Under the pieces are notes generated by a model. It ran no database searches, had not been told where the DNA came from, and worked only from the letters and a program-made list of their open reading frames with translations. A stretch of 64,000 nt of DNA from Eledone cirrhosa. Its lineage: Eukaryota. Every line of letters starts with the position of its first letter. Positions within the stretch are counted from its first letter, which is position 1. The translations under genes and the position numbers were made by a program. Of this stretch, positions 37,365-50,618 are shown one piece after another. Location: positions 113,956,001 to 114,020,000 of the forward strand of contig OZ024745.1 in the NCBI GenBank assembly GCA_964016885.1, written 5' to 3'.

Positions 37365-37762
37365 TGAATATAGACATAGAATATTCGAAAATATTCTGTA
37401 TGTTTATAATAAACATTTTGAAGACCTAATCGCTATAGAATAGAATACGTCACGTATTACAATTAGATTCTCGATAAAAGCAAGGGAAGTAATCTACGCG
37501 TTTCATTCTTGTTAGAAATCATCAGGACTACATATCCAGTGCTTCTATCGAGAATGACACAGCTAGAGACTTATAGAATACTTAGCTGTGTACAGGAACT
37601 GGTTTGAAAGAGCGGTTGCCGGTCCGGCAGAAATTAGAAATTGGAATAAATGCTCTGAAATAGCGATATATATGTGAATATAGACATAGAATATTCGAAA
37701 ATATTCTGTATGTTTATAATAAACATTTTGAAGACCTAATCGCTATAGAATAGAATACGTCA
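37365..37762 (-). mobile_element. Retrozyme/pLTR-like element: 310-bp unit plus 88-bp terminal direct repeat, in (TA)n
   Basis: 37365-37452 is identical to 37675-37762 (period 310). One hammerhead in the unit, no ORF, (TA)n on both sides. Confidence 0.75.
37489..37531 (-). ncRNA. Minimal type I hammerhead ribozyme
   Basis: GUAGUC-CUGAUGA-uUUCU(aaca)AGAAu-GAAA-CGCG-UA-GAUUAC: 6-bp stem I with one G-U pair, palindromic ACGCGU stem III, GUA site. Confidence 0.85.
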
Positions 37763-37824
<62 letters not shown>

Positions 37825-37832
37825 ATATATAT

Positions 37833-37866
<34 letters not shown>

Positions 37867-37885
37867 ATATATTATATATATATAT

Positions 37886-37919
<34 letters not shown>

Positions 37920-38331
37920 ATATTATATATATATATATTATATATATATATATATTATATATATATAATATATATATTATATATATATAATATATATAGT
38001 ATATATATGTGTGTGTGATTGTTGGTGCATGTGTGTGTGAAAGAGTGTGTGTCTGTGTATATATGCGTATATGTGTGTGTGTGTGTGTGTATGTGTGTGT
38101 GTGTGTGCTCACGTACGTATTCCTATGTTGTCGAATATCTTGGATAGTACACTATATCGAAGATGTTTTATTTGAGCATAGCCGTAAAAAACACCTATTT
38201 ATATGTTTGTATTTTTCCGAATGTCAGTCACATCGTCATATCGCTTTTGTGTGTCCGGTCGCCATTGTGTGTGTGTGCTGCTACGTGTGTGTATACATAT
38301 ATATATATACTTCTACCTTTGTTCATTCACG

Positions 38332-39280
<949 letters not shown>

Positions 39281-39683
39281 GCGTATGTGCGGGTGGGTGG
39301 GGGGGGGGTACGCTACTGGTGCACAGTGAATGAATTGTTTATCAATGTGAGCTATTTAAAATACCATGAGTATGCATTTTAGAGTTGTTTTAGAAGCTGC
39401 CATCAACTATAGTTTACAAATAGATGTCTAACAACGAACAACACGGCAGCGTCTGTCCAACTTACACGATTCGTTGAACAACACATTGATGCCATTCAGA
39501 ATCATATTTAACCACAATGGTCAGTCTCAAAAGTGATGCTGCCAACAAATGGAAAATATGTTCTCTATAACATTTATCCAACGGGTAACTGTCCGCTGGT
39601 CAAATGTAAGATCATTTACCATATTAGTAATCAGACCGTGTTTCTTCGGTAACGGATACATTGTTTGGTGGAGATGCCAACGA

Positions 39684-39686
39684 TGG

Positions 39687-39717
<31 letters not shown>

Positions 39718-39718
39718 C

Positions 39719-39749
<31 letters not shown>

Positions 39750-40640
39750 CTGTTGTTGTCTGTACTTCTATTCTTCATTGTGGTCTTCTTAAATTTTGTC
39801 GTTAAAAATGCTGCCCCGCCACCACCACCACCACCAACACCACCACCACCACCACCACCACCACCGCTACCACCGATACCATCGCCGCCACCACCACCAC
39901 CACCATCACTATCACGACCATCATCATCATCACCGCTGACGCCACCACCACCACCACCACCACCACCACCACCACCATAACTATCACGACCATCGTCATG
40001 ACTGCTGATGCCACCACCATCACTATCACCACCACCATCACTATCACAACCATCATCATCACCGCTGCTGCCACCACCACCACCACCACCACCATCACTA
40101 CCACGACCATCGTCATGACTGCTGATGCCACCACCACCACCACCACCACCACCACCATCACTATCACTATCACAACCATCATCATCACCGCTGCTGCCAC
40201 CACCACCACCACCGCCACCGCCACCACCACCACCACCACCACCACCACCACCATCACTATCACGACCATCATCATCACCACTGCCGCCACCACCACCACC
40301 ACGATCATCATCACCACCGCCACCACCAACGCCAGCGATACCAACAACAACAACGCCACCGTGGCCGACTCCACCGTCGGTGGTGGTTGTGGTCCTGCTG
40401 GTAGTCCTGGTGTCGCCGGCGTTGGTGGCGGCGGCGGTGGTGGTGGTGGCGGTGGTGGCGGTGGTGGCGGCGGTGGTGGTGGTGGAAATGTGGATGTGAA
40501 GGTGAATGTGGAGGTGGAGTGGTTGTTTAGGCTGATGATGTTGATAGTAGTGTTGTCGCGACAGCGTTTGTTCTGTTACTGGTGCTGGTGGCTGCAATAG
40601 TGGTTGTGGTGACAGCGGTTATGGTGGTGGTTGTGTTGGT
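39684..40640. repeat. GC-rich compound trinucleotide block: (TGT)n, then (CAC/CAT)n, then (GGT/GGC)n
   Basis: Internal higher-order repeats (ccaccaccatcactatcacgaccatc…), with a polarity switch near 40375. Confidence 0.85.
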
Positions 40641-43241
40641 AAGGGGGGGGGTAGTAGGATATGGTGGTGAAAACTAAGCGAGTGATTATGCAGACGATTA
40701 CTCAAAGGAATTTGTCTACAAAATATTTCTCCTGTAAGTTTTGCTATTCTTACTCGTTCAGTTGTGGCTTTCATTTTCACAGTTCTATCGTTTTTACATC
40801 TGCAAGTGATATTCCAACGCATCACTCAGCGGTCAGTCTATCACTAGTCCGCCCGCCAGCTATCTTAAGTCTTGTGACAGTTATACACGAATGAAGCACA
40901 AATACAAAATATGCTTATGATGTATGCTCACTGTTACTCGAATCACACAATATTCTTTCTGAAACAGATTTCTTTTGTAATCAGCATTGAAATCTATTGT
41001 TGACTTGTCGCTTGACCAACAAAAAGATATTTCATGAAATAAGTGGCCAGCAAAATGTCTTTGAATAAAGCTCAGTAGGGCATCTCTGCCCTAGCAACTA
41101 GAGGCGGTAAAGCTATGCTGGACAAGAGAGAAGCATATAACCAAAGGAGACAATTTCTAAGCATAAATTGTTGTACCGACAATATAGACATTTAGAACAC
41201 CAGTGGTTAGTTATAATACAAAAAGTCCAGCTTATAAATTTGTTTAGAAGTTAACACCGTATTCTCTGTCCCCCTTCGGAAAGCTACATTTATTTTCCAT
41301 TTTTTCCCCGTGTTTATATTATCTGTATATATTTCCCTTTGAAAGAGGGTAGAGTAAAACATAAATATAAACAAAGACAAATAATAGTCTAAGATTCTCT
41401 ATTTTCATATGATAACCCTTGAAGAATTTATTAATATCACAGTGGTTGGTAAAATGAAAAGCATATTTTAGATGATTGAAAATCAAGAAAAGAAAAACAA
41501 AACGAAAACAAAACAAAACATTTATTTGAATATAATCAATAGGACACCACGTGAGACAATTCCACAAAAGAAATGCATTATATTATGTTGTAGAGGTAAG
41601 ATGTATGTTATATTTGTAAACAATTCACGATTCGTAAGCAACATGGTTTTCTTTTATGATCAACAATAGTTTCACATGACACACCTTTCAAAAGTCTCAT
41701 GTTGTATTGTTACACATTTTGCCATTTCTTTGATACTGAAACGATCGCTCAAATGTTACAATATCTTTTGAGTTCGAAGATTATGTTTTCCTTACTTTTC
41801 TTCGTAGTCACTGCATTCCCACAGAACTTATCTCATATCTACATGTAGCCTATGACTTTTAAAATACGAGACATCAACATAAGGGAAATACTATGCTATC
41901 ATCTGAGCATCGAGACCTAGTTGCTGATTTATTACGTCTCATATATGTCTCTTAGATAGTCTGACATTCAAAAGAAAAGCTAATACTAAGTCGACCCTGG
42001 TATGTTCCTTGCGTTAAGGACCCATACAGGAAAAATAATAAATAAAATGAAATAAAAGTAAATCCAATTTCTTAGGGTTTTAATATTTTCAATAAGGGCA
42101 ATAGGCTGACATTCGTGTTTTTCGCGTGCATATTAATTAAATGGCTTCAAGTGGGTATACATATAAAGTATTGATTGACTTATTATTTCGACTATCAGGG
42201 TAAACTCACTGTGAGTAGTCCACCACTCGATTAAAACAACTATATTTCGTCATGTTGTTAATATTCTTTAAAAAGAGAACACTTCCGAAACAGTTGCATG
42301 TTTGAAAGTTTTCTTAATCTAAATCGTTTTCTTATGCAAGAAATCAATAACTTTGTCATGTTCTCAGAAAAGTAAATTGAAATCTTAAAGACTGAGAGAA
42401 GCAACTCCAGGACTTTGGTTGGGCGCAAAATAATCTACAATCGACCTGGGCCCATTTAGTTTAGTTGAGTAGTATCTATTCAGCTTACTGCGAGAATTTT
42501 GCCGACATTATTGGTGTAAAGAATTTATTCCAGGATTTTCCATGTGTTACGATTGCTGAAAAACTAATACCTCCTGAATGATATTAATCTGTTATCAATT
42601 ATCATTTCTCTGAATTTCGTACACCTTTTTCCCCTTTTTCATGAGATTGTGTACAGCTCTGATTTTAGAGTTTCTCTGGTTTTTACATCTTTTAATAAGG
42701 ATGATGGAATGTTGCTGTCCGGTGAAATGTGAACAGACAAAAAGAAAAACTCTAGTCAAAATAGTAAAAAGCATTTTTATAGAGAACGTTCTCCCTTCGT
42801 TATTAATACAGTAAATGAGCCGTCATTCACGTTTGATGATAACACTTCTTATTGTGCGATGCACGAAATAATTATGCAAAGCGCGTACAAGAAGAGAATG
42901 GGTTGATTAATTTTGTCAAAAAACATGTTTAGCCTTACTCCCAAATTGTTTAGATGTAAAGAAATAGTAAGAGAGATTTTGTGTATATGGAGAATGTTTA
43001 TACTAAAACGGTGATGATTTCGCTCTGATTGGGTCTCGTCATCTTCGATATACTGATTACCAAATACAATCTAGAATTAAAATGGCAGATTACTATTGAT
43101 CCCGGCGTTTATTCACCTTAGTTTTGTTTTAACATTCATACCACACATTTGTAAAAGTAATGTCCATTATATACGTAAAGATATTTTAATCAAATATTTG
43201 TTAATCTATTAAACACTCTATCTGCATTACGTTCTCTCCCA

Positions 43242-43325
<84 letters not shown>

Positions 43326-43348
43326 CTCTTTCTCTCTCTCTCACACAC

Positions 43349-43393
<45 letters not shown>

Positions 43394-43767
43394 TGATCGA
43401 TAGAATATTTACCAAACTTGAAAAATCACGTACTAATGTCGATATGATAGAGTAAGTTTGGGTGGAGCTCTAGAATGTCCGCACTTGAATTACTGAAACA
43501 AATAATAAAGAAAAAATAAATAACGTACATACATTACATACATTACATACATAACAACATAGTTCAAAAGAATGATACCTATATAGAGACACGTACAAAT
43601 AAGGGAATCCGTGTATAGTGTACCAAACGACCTCGGTAAAAGCAGGGAGTGTCCTTCGGTGAACTAACTGAATAACAAGGCGGAGATAGCTCTGAAATCT
43701 AGAATACATACATCGTTACATTGACATGTGCTGTTCAATGTGTGTGATTCTTATCCATTACTTTACT

Positions 43768-43908
43768 CATAGAGTTACGACCCTTGCCATTCTGAGTTCA
43801 AATCCCGCCGCGGTTAACTTTGCCTTTCATCCTTACCGGGTCGATAAAATAAAGTACCAGTGATGCATTGGGTAATTGCTGGCCTTGTGCTAAAAGTAGA
43901 AACAATTA
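43768..43908 (+). mobile_element. tRNA-derived SINE (main family), 5'-truncated
   Basis: B-box, central domain and tail are present. Confidence 0.85.
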
Positions 43909-44156
43909 CTTTAAGGTGTATGTCGTTTTGATATGTATTTCCCCTCTACCTGTCTCCTAATATCTCAACTCACTTTTTACATCCTCTGTTAATATTAATT
44001 GATTTGCACACACTGGTGAAAGCCTTCCTCCCCGTCCCGACGCCACTCCCAGAAATGTGCCGGATTTTCATTAAAATTAAGCCCCAGGTGTGACAGACCA
44101 GTTTGCTCTCGTGCAAGAAACTATAGTTTTCTGATGAAACTCAGTATTTTTAGCTT

Positions 44157-46156
44157 AGTCAGTTGGTGGACGTCTATCTCTAGCGTGTAACTTAAGTCCT
44201 GTCTATTCTTGGGGTTGCCTTACTAGATAACACTACAGTCAGTTGGTGGACGTCTATCTCTAGCGTGTAACTTAAGTCCTGTCTATTCTTGGGGTTGCCT
44301 TACTAGATAACACTACAGTCAGTTGGTGGACGTCTATCTCTAGCGTGTAACTTAAGTCCTGTCTATTCTTGGGGTTGCCTTACTAGATAACACTACAGTC
44401 AGTTGGTGGACGTCTATCTCTAGCGTGTAACTTAAGTCCTGTCTATTCTTGGGGTTGCCTTACTAGATAACACTACAGTCAGTTGGTGGACGTCTATCTC
44501 TAGCGTGTAACTTAAGTCCTGTCTATTCTTGGGGTTGCCTTACTAGATAACACTACAGTCAGTTGGTGGACGTCTATCTCTAGCGTGTAACTTAAGTCCT
44601 GTCTATTCTTGGGGTTGCCTTACTAGATAACACTACAGTCAGTTGGTGGACGTCTATCTCTAGCGTGTAACTTAAGTCCTGTCTATTCTTGGGGTTGCCT
44701 TACTAGATAACACTACAGTCAGTTGGTGGACGTCTATCTCTAGCGTGTAACTTAAGTCCTGTCTATTCTTGGGGTTGCCTTACTAGATAACACTACAGTC
44801 AGTTGGTGGACGTCTATCTCTAGCGTGTAACTTAAGTCCTGTCTATTCTTGGGGTTGCCTTACTAGATAACACTACAGTCAGTTGGTGGACGTCTATCTC
44901 TAGCGTGTAACTTAAGTCCTGTCTATTCTTGGGGTTGCCTTACTAGATAACACTACAGTCAGTTGGTGGACGTCTATCTCTAGCGTGTAACTTAAGTCCT
45001 GTCTATTCCTGGGGTTGCTTTACTAGATAACACTACAGTCAGTTGGTGGACGTCTATCTCTAGCGTGTAACTTAAGTCCTGTCTATTCCTGGGGTTGCTT
45101 TACTAGATAACACTACAGTCAGTTGGTGGACGTCTATCTCTAGCGTGTAACTTAAGTCCTGTCTATTCCTGGGGTTGCTTTACTAGATAACACTACAGTC
45201 AGTTGGTGGACGTCTATCTCTAGCGTGTAACTTAAGTCCTGTCTATTCTTGGGGTTGCTTTACTAGATAACACTACAGTCAGTTGGTGGACGTCTATCTC
45301 TAGCGTGTAACTTAAGTCCTGTCTATTCTTGGGGTTGCCTTACTAGATAACACTACAGTCAGTTGGTGGACGTCTATCTCTAGCGTGTAACTTAAGTCCT
45401 GTCTATTCTTGGGGTTGCCTTACTAGATAACACTACAGTCAGTTGGTGGACGTCTATCTCTAGCGTGTAACTTAAGTCCTGTCTATTCTTGGGGTTGCTT
45501 TACTAGATAACACTACAGTCAGTTGGTGGACGTCTATCTCTAGCGTGTAACTTAAGTCCTGTCTATTCTTGGGGTTGCCTTACTAGATAACACTACAGTC
45601 AGTTGGTGGACGTCTATCTCTAGCGTGTAACTTAAGTCCTGTCTATTCTTGGGGTTGCTTTACTAGATAACACTACAGTCAGTTGGTGGACGTCTATCTC
45701 TAGCGTGTAACTTAAGTCCTGTCTATTCTTGGGGTTGCTTTACTAGATAACACTACAGTCAGTTGGTGGACGTCTATCTCTAGCGTGTAACTTAAGTCCT
45801 GTCTATTCTTGGGGTTGCCTTACTAGATAACACTACAGTCAGTTGGTGGACGTCTATCTCTAGCGTGTAACTTAAGTCCTGTCTATTCTTGGGGTTGCCT
45901 TACTAGATAACACTACAGTCAGTTGGTGGACGTCTATCTCTAGCGTGTAACTTAAGTCCTGTCTATTCCTGGGGTTGCTTTACTAGATAACACTACAGTC
46001 AGTTGGTGGACGTCTATCTCTAGCGTGTAACTTAAGTCCTGTCTATTCCTGGGGTTGCTTTACTAGATAACACTACAGTCAGTTGGTGGACGTCTATCTC
46101 TAGCGTGTAACTTAAGTCCTGTCTATTCTTGGGGTTGCTTTACTAGATAACACTAC
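44157..46156. repeat. Tandem array of 25 x 80 bp
   Basis: Unit agtcagttggtggacgtctatctctagcgtgtaacttaagtcctgtctattc(t/c)tggggttgc(c/t)ttactagataacactac; only two variable sites seen. Confidence 0.97.
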
Positions 46157-46382
46157 AACTGCAGCGGGCTGCCAATTTTGAGAAGTGAGCAAGTAATGTT
46201 TAGTGCTCATTGCCTCGCCGCACGCCCTACATTAGGGAAAGCAGTGGAAAAAGCTATGTGGAAAAAAGGCATGCTTTGTCACCTTTGCTCACTAGAAGGG
46301 CCTCTATCTGAGTATAGCAAATTTCTTCTGGAGAAGGATAGAGAGTGGGAGAGAGGAAAAGAGAAAGAGATATCGAGAAAAG

Positions 46383-46520
46383 AATCGACCCAATACTTGA
46401 CTGGCACTTTTTATCGACCTCGGAAGAATGAAAGACAAAGTTGAACTCGGTGGGATTTGAACTCAGAGAGCAGAGAACTGGAATGGTTACCGCCAAGCAT
46501 TCTATCCGATGTTCTAATGA
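46383..46520 (-). mobile_element. Diverged tRNA-derived SINE (main family)
   Basis: ttttatcgacctcggaagaatgaaagacaaagttgaactcggtgggatttgaactcag. Confidence 0.75.
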
Positions 46521-46891
46521 CAAAACTACATAAAGCTGGATATTTTTTCTGAGACATTTGTTACATATATGCACGTCGTTGTTTGGGTGTTACCAAACTA
46601 CGTAAACAAGGATAACTCTTTCTTCTACTTTTCTTCTTAACTTTCTTTATTCTATTATTTCCCTTATTTATTTACCCCTTGAGCCAGCTACGAAGGATTA
46701 AGCAAAGTTACTTGTGCCAGGAATTTTAATTCTCCCTACATGTGAAAATAGTAACAATAAAAGAAACAAACACACCACCACAACAACAGCAACGGAATTG
46801 TTAATGAATTCATGTATTCAACATTAAATGTTACACACACACAAAAACACGCGCGCGCGCACACATATACTCTCTCTCTCTCTCTCTCTCT

Positions 46892-46950
46892 TCACACTCT
46901 CTTTTTCTGACTTACCTTTCTCTTTCTTTCTATCCACGATTCACACTATG

Positions 46951-46997
<47 letters not shown>

Positions 46998-47040
46998 CTG
47001 ACTTTTCTCTTTCTCTCTATCCACGATTCACACTATGTCT

Positions 47041-47108
<68 letters not shown>

Positions 47109-47169
47109 CACTCTCTTTTTCTGACTTACTTTTCTCTTTCTCTCTATCCACGATTCACACTATGTCTCT

Positions 47170-47224
<55 letters not shown>

Positions 47225-47265
47225 GACTTTTCTCTTTCTCTCTATCCACGATTCACTCTATGTCT

Positions 47266-47339
<74 letters not shown>

Positions 47340-47410
47340 CACTCTCTTTTTCTGACTTACTTTTCTCTTTCTCTCTATCCACGATTCACACTATGTCTCT
47401 TTTCTCTCTC

Positions 47411-47459
<49 letters not shown>

Positions 47460-47520
47460 ACACTCTCTTTTTCTGACTTACTTTTCTCTTTCTCTCTATC
47501 CACGATTCACACTATGTCTA

Positions 47521-47590
<70 letters not shown>
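46892..47590. repeat. Six modules (tctgacttacttttctctttctctctatccacgattcacactatgtct) separated by (CT)n
   Basis: ccacgattcac occurs six times; long and short module variants largely alternate. Confidence 0.9.
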
Positions 47591-47598
<8 letters not shown>

Positions 47599-47825
47599 CT
47601 ATCTCTATCTCTGTGTTCCGTACAAATGCTTCCTCATAACTCTCTCTCTCTCTCTTTCTCTCCCTTTATTACCTCCCTTGTTTCTTCTCCACACTCTGTC
47701 TAATATTCTCCACATTGACAACCAATCATTCTCCCCTCCCCGTCACCGTTTTCTCACTTTATCTGTGTCACTGTCTGTCACTTTCTCTCTCTGTCTCCGT
47801 CATCTTCTCTCTCTGTTTGTCAATC

Positions 47826-47898
<73 letters not shown>

Positions 47899-47900
<2 letters not shown>

Positions 47901-48036
47901 CGAAGGAAATGTGGTAAGGAACCAGGTGGACCATAACGCACCAAAGTACTCAATACTTAGAGTAGTAGAGTGGGTAATAGGAACGAGTAGGACCCCGACG
48001 GCTGAGCTCAAGCCGTTTCGACGGCTAATTCTAGAC
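47899..48036. mobile_element. Family B, copy 4 (single arm) in (TA)n
   Basis: Near-identical to 9927-10064; ends at ctagact. Confidence 0.85.
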
Positions 48037-48148
48037 TATATATATATCAATTTATGTCTATTACTCTTCTTTGCTCTACGGTTAGATCCCATGTTTAAGC
48101 ACAAATCCTTCTCTACTTTTATTTGTCTGTTATTTTCTTAGTTTCTTA

Positions 48149-48255
48149 CCCCGCCGAGGTTAACTTTGCCTTTCATCCTTACGGGGTCGATAAAATAAAG
48201 TACCAGTAATGCACTGGGTTATTGCTGGCCTTGTGCCAAAAGCATAAACAATTAT
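48149..48255 (+). mobile_element. SINE (main family) 3' part
   Basis: cccgccgaggttaactttgcctttcatccttacggggtcgataaaataaagtaccag…gctggccttgtgcc. Confidence 0.85.
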
Positions 48256-48269
48256 CCTTCAACCTGTAT

Positions 48270-48356
<87 letters not shown>

Positions 48357-48358
<2 letters not shown>

Positions 48359-48517
48359 CGAAGGAAGTGTGGCAAGGAGCCAGGTGGACCTACTTAGGGT
48401 AGTAGAGTGGGTAATAGGAAAATGTTTGACCCCGACGGCAGAGCTCAAGCCGTTTCGACGGGGCTATTTCTGGACTAAATAATGGCTAGAGCTCTGCCTA
48501 CGGGGTCAAACATTTTC

Positions 48518-48519
<2 letters not shown>
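48357..48519. mobile_element. Family B, copy 5 (fold-back, with internal deletion)
   Basis: Long arm to about 48488, inverted arm gagctctgcc…cattttc. Confidence 0.8.
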
Positions 48520-48570
<51 letters not shown>

Positions 48571-48573
<3 letters not shown>

Positions 48574-48630
48574 ACGTAAAATTCCCGAGGTCCATGGACG
48601 AGTTCTCTCCAGCGGTCTCTGTCCCTCATC
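48571..48630 (-). mobile_element. 60-bp extreme 3' end of the RTE family seen at 1797-2060, in (TA)n
   Basis: Reverse complement matches 2001-2054. Confidence 0.8.
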
Positions 48631-49487
48631 ATATATATATATACATGCGTGTGTGTGTGTATGTGTGTGTGAATATGCATGTATGCAGTATCCATTGTTA
48701 TTCATATCATTTTATAAAATTCTACCTCAAGCCATCAATATCTGTTCAACACAGAAATGATGTATTTTTTTTTTTTTTTTTTTTTGCTATAGCAAATGAA
48801 ATCAGTGATATTTTCAGGTAATCTACCACAACATAAGTGCTTGAATGTCGTAATTCTTTCATATATGAACACCTACTCAGCATCACGCAATATACTTTGA
48901 TGTAGAAATAAAGTAAGTCATATATTGCATATAACAACAACTACAATAATATAACTAGAGACGTATGTAAAATCAAAGCGTCCTACACAAAATCATACAA
49001 CATAGATATCTCAGACACTAATTCTTTAAGTGGCTACGAATCATAATGCATTTATCATATGGGTGTTGTTAGATGATAAAGAATATAATTTCTCTATTGC
49101 TTGTCTGTTATTTATAGAAATGAACGTTATTTAGAAAAGTCGATAGACAGGCAGCAGACAGACAGACAGACTGACCAACGACATACTAACAGATAAGCAT
49201 ATAAACATTCAGATAGATAAATAAATATATAGATTCATACATGTATGTATACATGCATACCTACCTAGATATATACATACATAAATATTTGCATATATTC
49301 ATACCTACTTACATACATACATCAGGCATACGCACCACACATGCATATATATATATATACACACACACATATATATATATATATATTTATATACATATAT
49401 GCATGTATGTATGTATGCATGTGTGTATGTATGTATGTATGTATGTATGTATGTATGTATGTATGTATGTATGTATGTATGTATGTA

Positions 49488-49520
<33 letters not shown>

Positions 49521-49736
49521 CTGTGTGTGTGTCTGTGTGTGTGTGTGTCTGTATGATGTTTGTATATATGTTGTATATACATTTCTGCAATTATGTGAGC
49601 ATTTAAATATGTATGTATGTAAATATGTACGTATGTACGTATGTATGTATGTATATATGTATGTATGTATGTACATATATATACGTATGTATGTAGGTAC
49701 GTATGTATGTATGTACGTATATATGTATGTATGTAT

Positions 49737-50158
49737 CCAAAATCACCAGGAGAGATGACCCCTTAGCTTTTGTCAAGGCAGAATTCTAGGAGAAGGAAAA
49801 CTCTGATATAACACCTGCAACCCTGATGGTATCCAATGATGTTGACTTGTTCTTCTTTTTGGTAAATATCATCTTGGTTAAGAGAGTGGGACTGGCTTTG
49901 TGCAGTGCCTTTGCTCACTATAAAAGCTTCACGGCACAGGCATTGCTTTATATCTGGAGATCTCTCTGCACTTGTCGTCACATGGTACCATGGGCCCAGC
50001 ACTATGTGTCAATAATTGTCACATGTGTAGTGTTTGTACCAGAGTTTTCAAGTCGCAGGCTGGACTAAAAAGTCTCACTCGTTCAGCGCATCGGTAGGGG
50101 TTCTCCTACATGGATATAAAGTAGTGGCCGTACTCGAAAACGAGTTGGCAGCCACCAT
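49737..50158 (+). mobile_element. Internally deleted RTE derivative (5'-UTR piece joined to a zinc-finger 3' end) in (TATG)n
   Basis: Starts ccaaaatcaccaggagag…ctaggagaaggaaaactctga, resembling an RTE 5' UTR. The 3' part is homologous to 6571-6810, with the tail gtactcgaaaacgagttggcagccaccatg. Confidence 0.7.
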
Positions 50159-50285
50159 GTATATATGTATGTATGTATGTATGTATGTACATATATATAC
50201 ATATGTATGTACGTATGTATGTAGGTACGTATGTATGTATGTATGTATGTATGTACGTATATATGTATGTATGTATGTATGTATG

Positions 50286-50618
50286 TCAGGTCACCACTTG
50301 GTGCTACTGGTAACATGTATCCCAGTACAACCTGTCTCATGGTCGTGTTGTTGGCGACTAAACTGGCAACCCCACCAAGGTTTCTTGGTGAGGAGGGTGA
50401 CTTTGGACATCCTGCAGGACTAAAAACAAAACCTGTCAAAGGGCAAAGGAGCTCTTAATAGTCAATGGCCATCCAAAATCACCGGGAGAGACTTTTTAGT
50501 CCAGCCAGGGACTTGAAAACTCTGGTACAAACACTACACTTGTGACAATTATTGACACATAGTGCTGGGCCCATGGTACCATGTGGCCGTACTCGAAAAC
50601 GAGTTGGCAGCCGCCATG
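50286..50618 (+). mobile_element. Second RTE derivative: 5'-UTR, inverted zinc-finger segment and 3' tail, in (TATG)n
   Basis: The 5' part has gtcgtgttgttggcgactaaactggcaacccc and ends ccaaaatcaccgggagag, which overlaps the start of the 49737 copy. About 50490-50583 is antisense to the finger region. The tail is at 50584-50618. Confidence 0.7.

Noticed and set aside
39527-40597. 356-aa Gly/Asp-rich ORF as a structural protein gene
   Set aside because: All frames on both strands are largely open because of the trinucleotide repeats. There is no signal peptide, splice context or domain evidence.
44117-44146. gaaactatagttttctgatgaaactcag next to the 80-bp array as a hammerhead
   Set aside because: The motif order leaves no room for stem I, and no stem II closes.
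44157-46156. CRISPR array
   Set aside because: Units are contiguous and near-identical with no unique spacers, there are no cas genes, and the context is eukaryotic.
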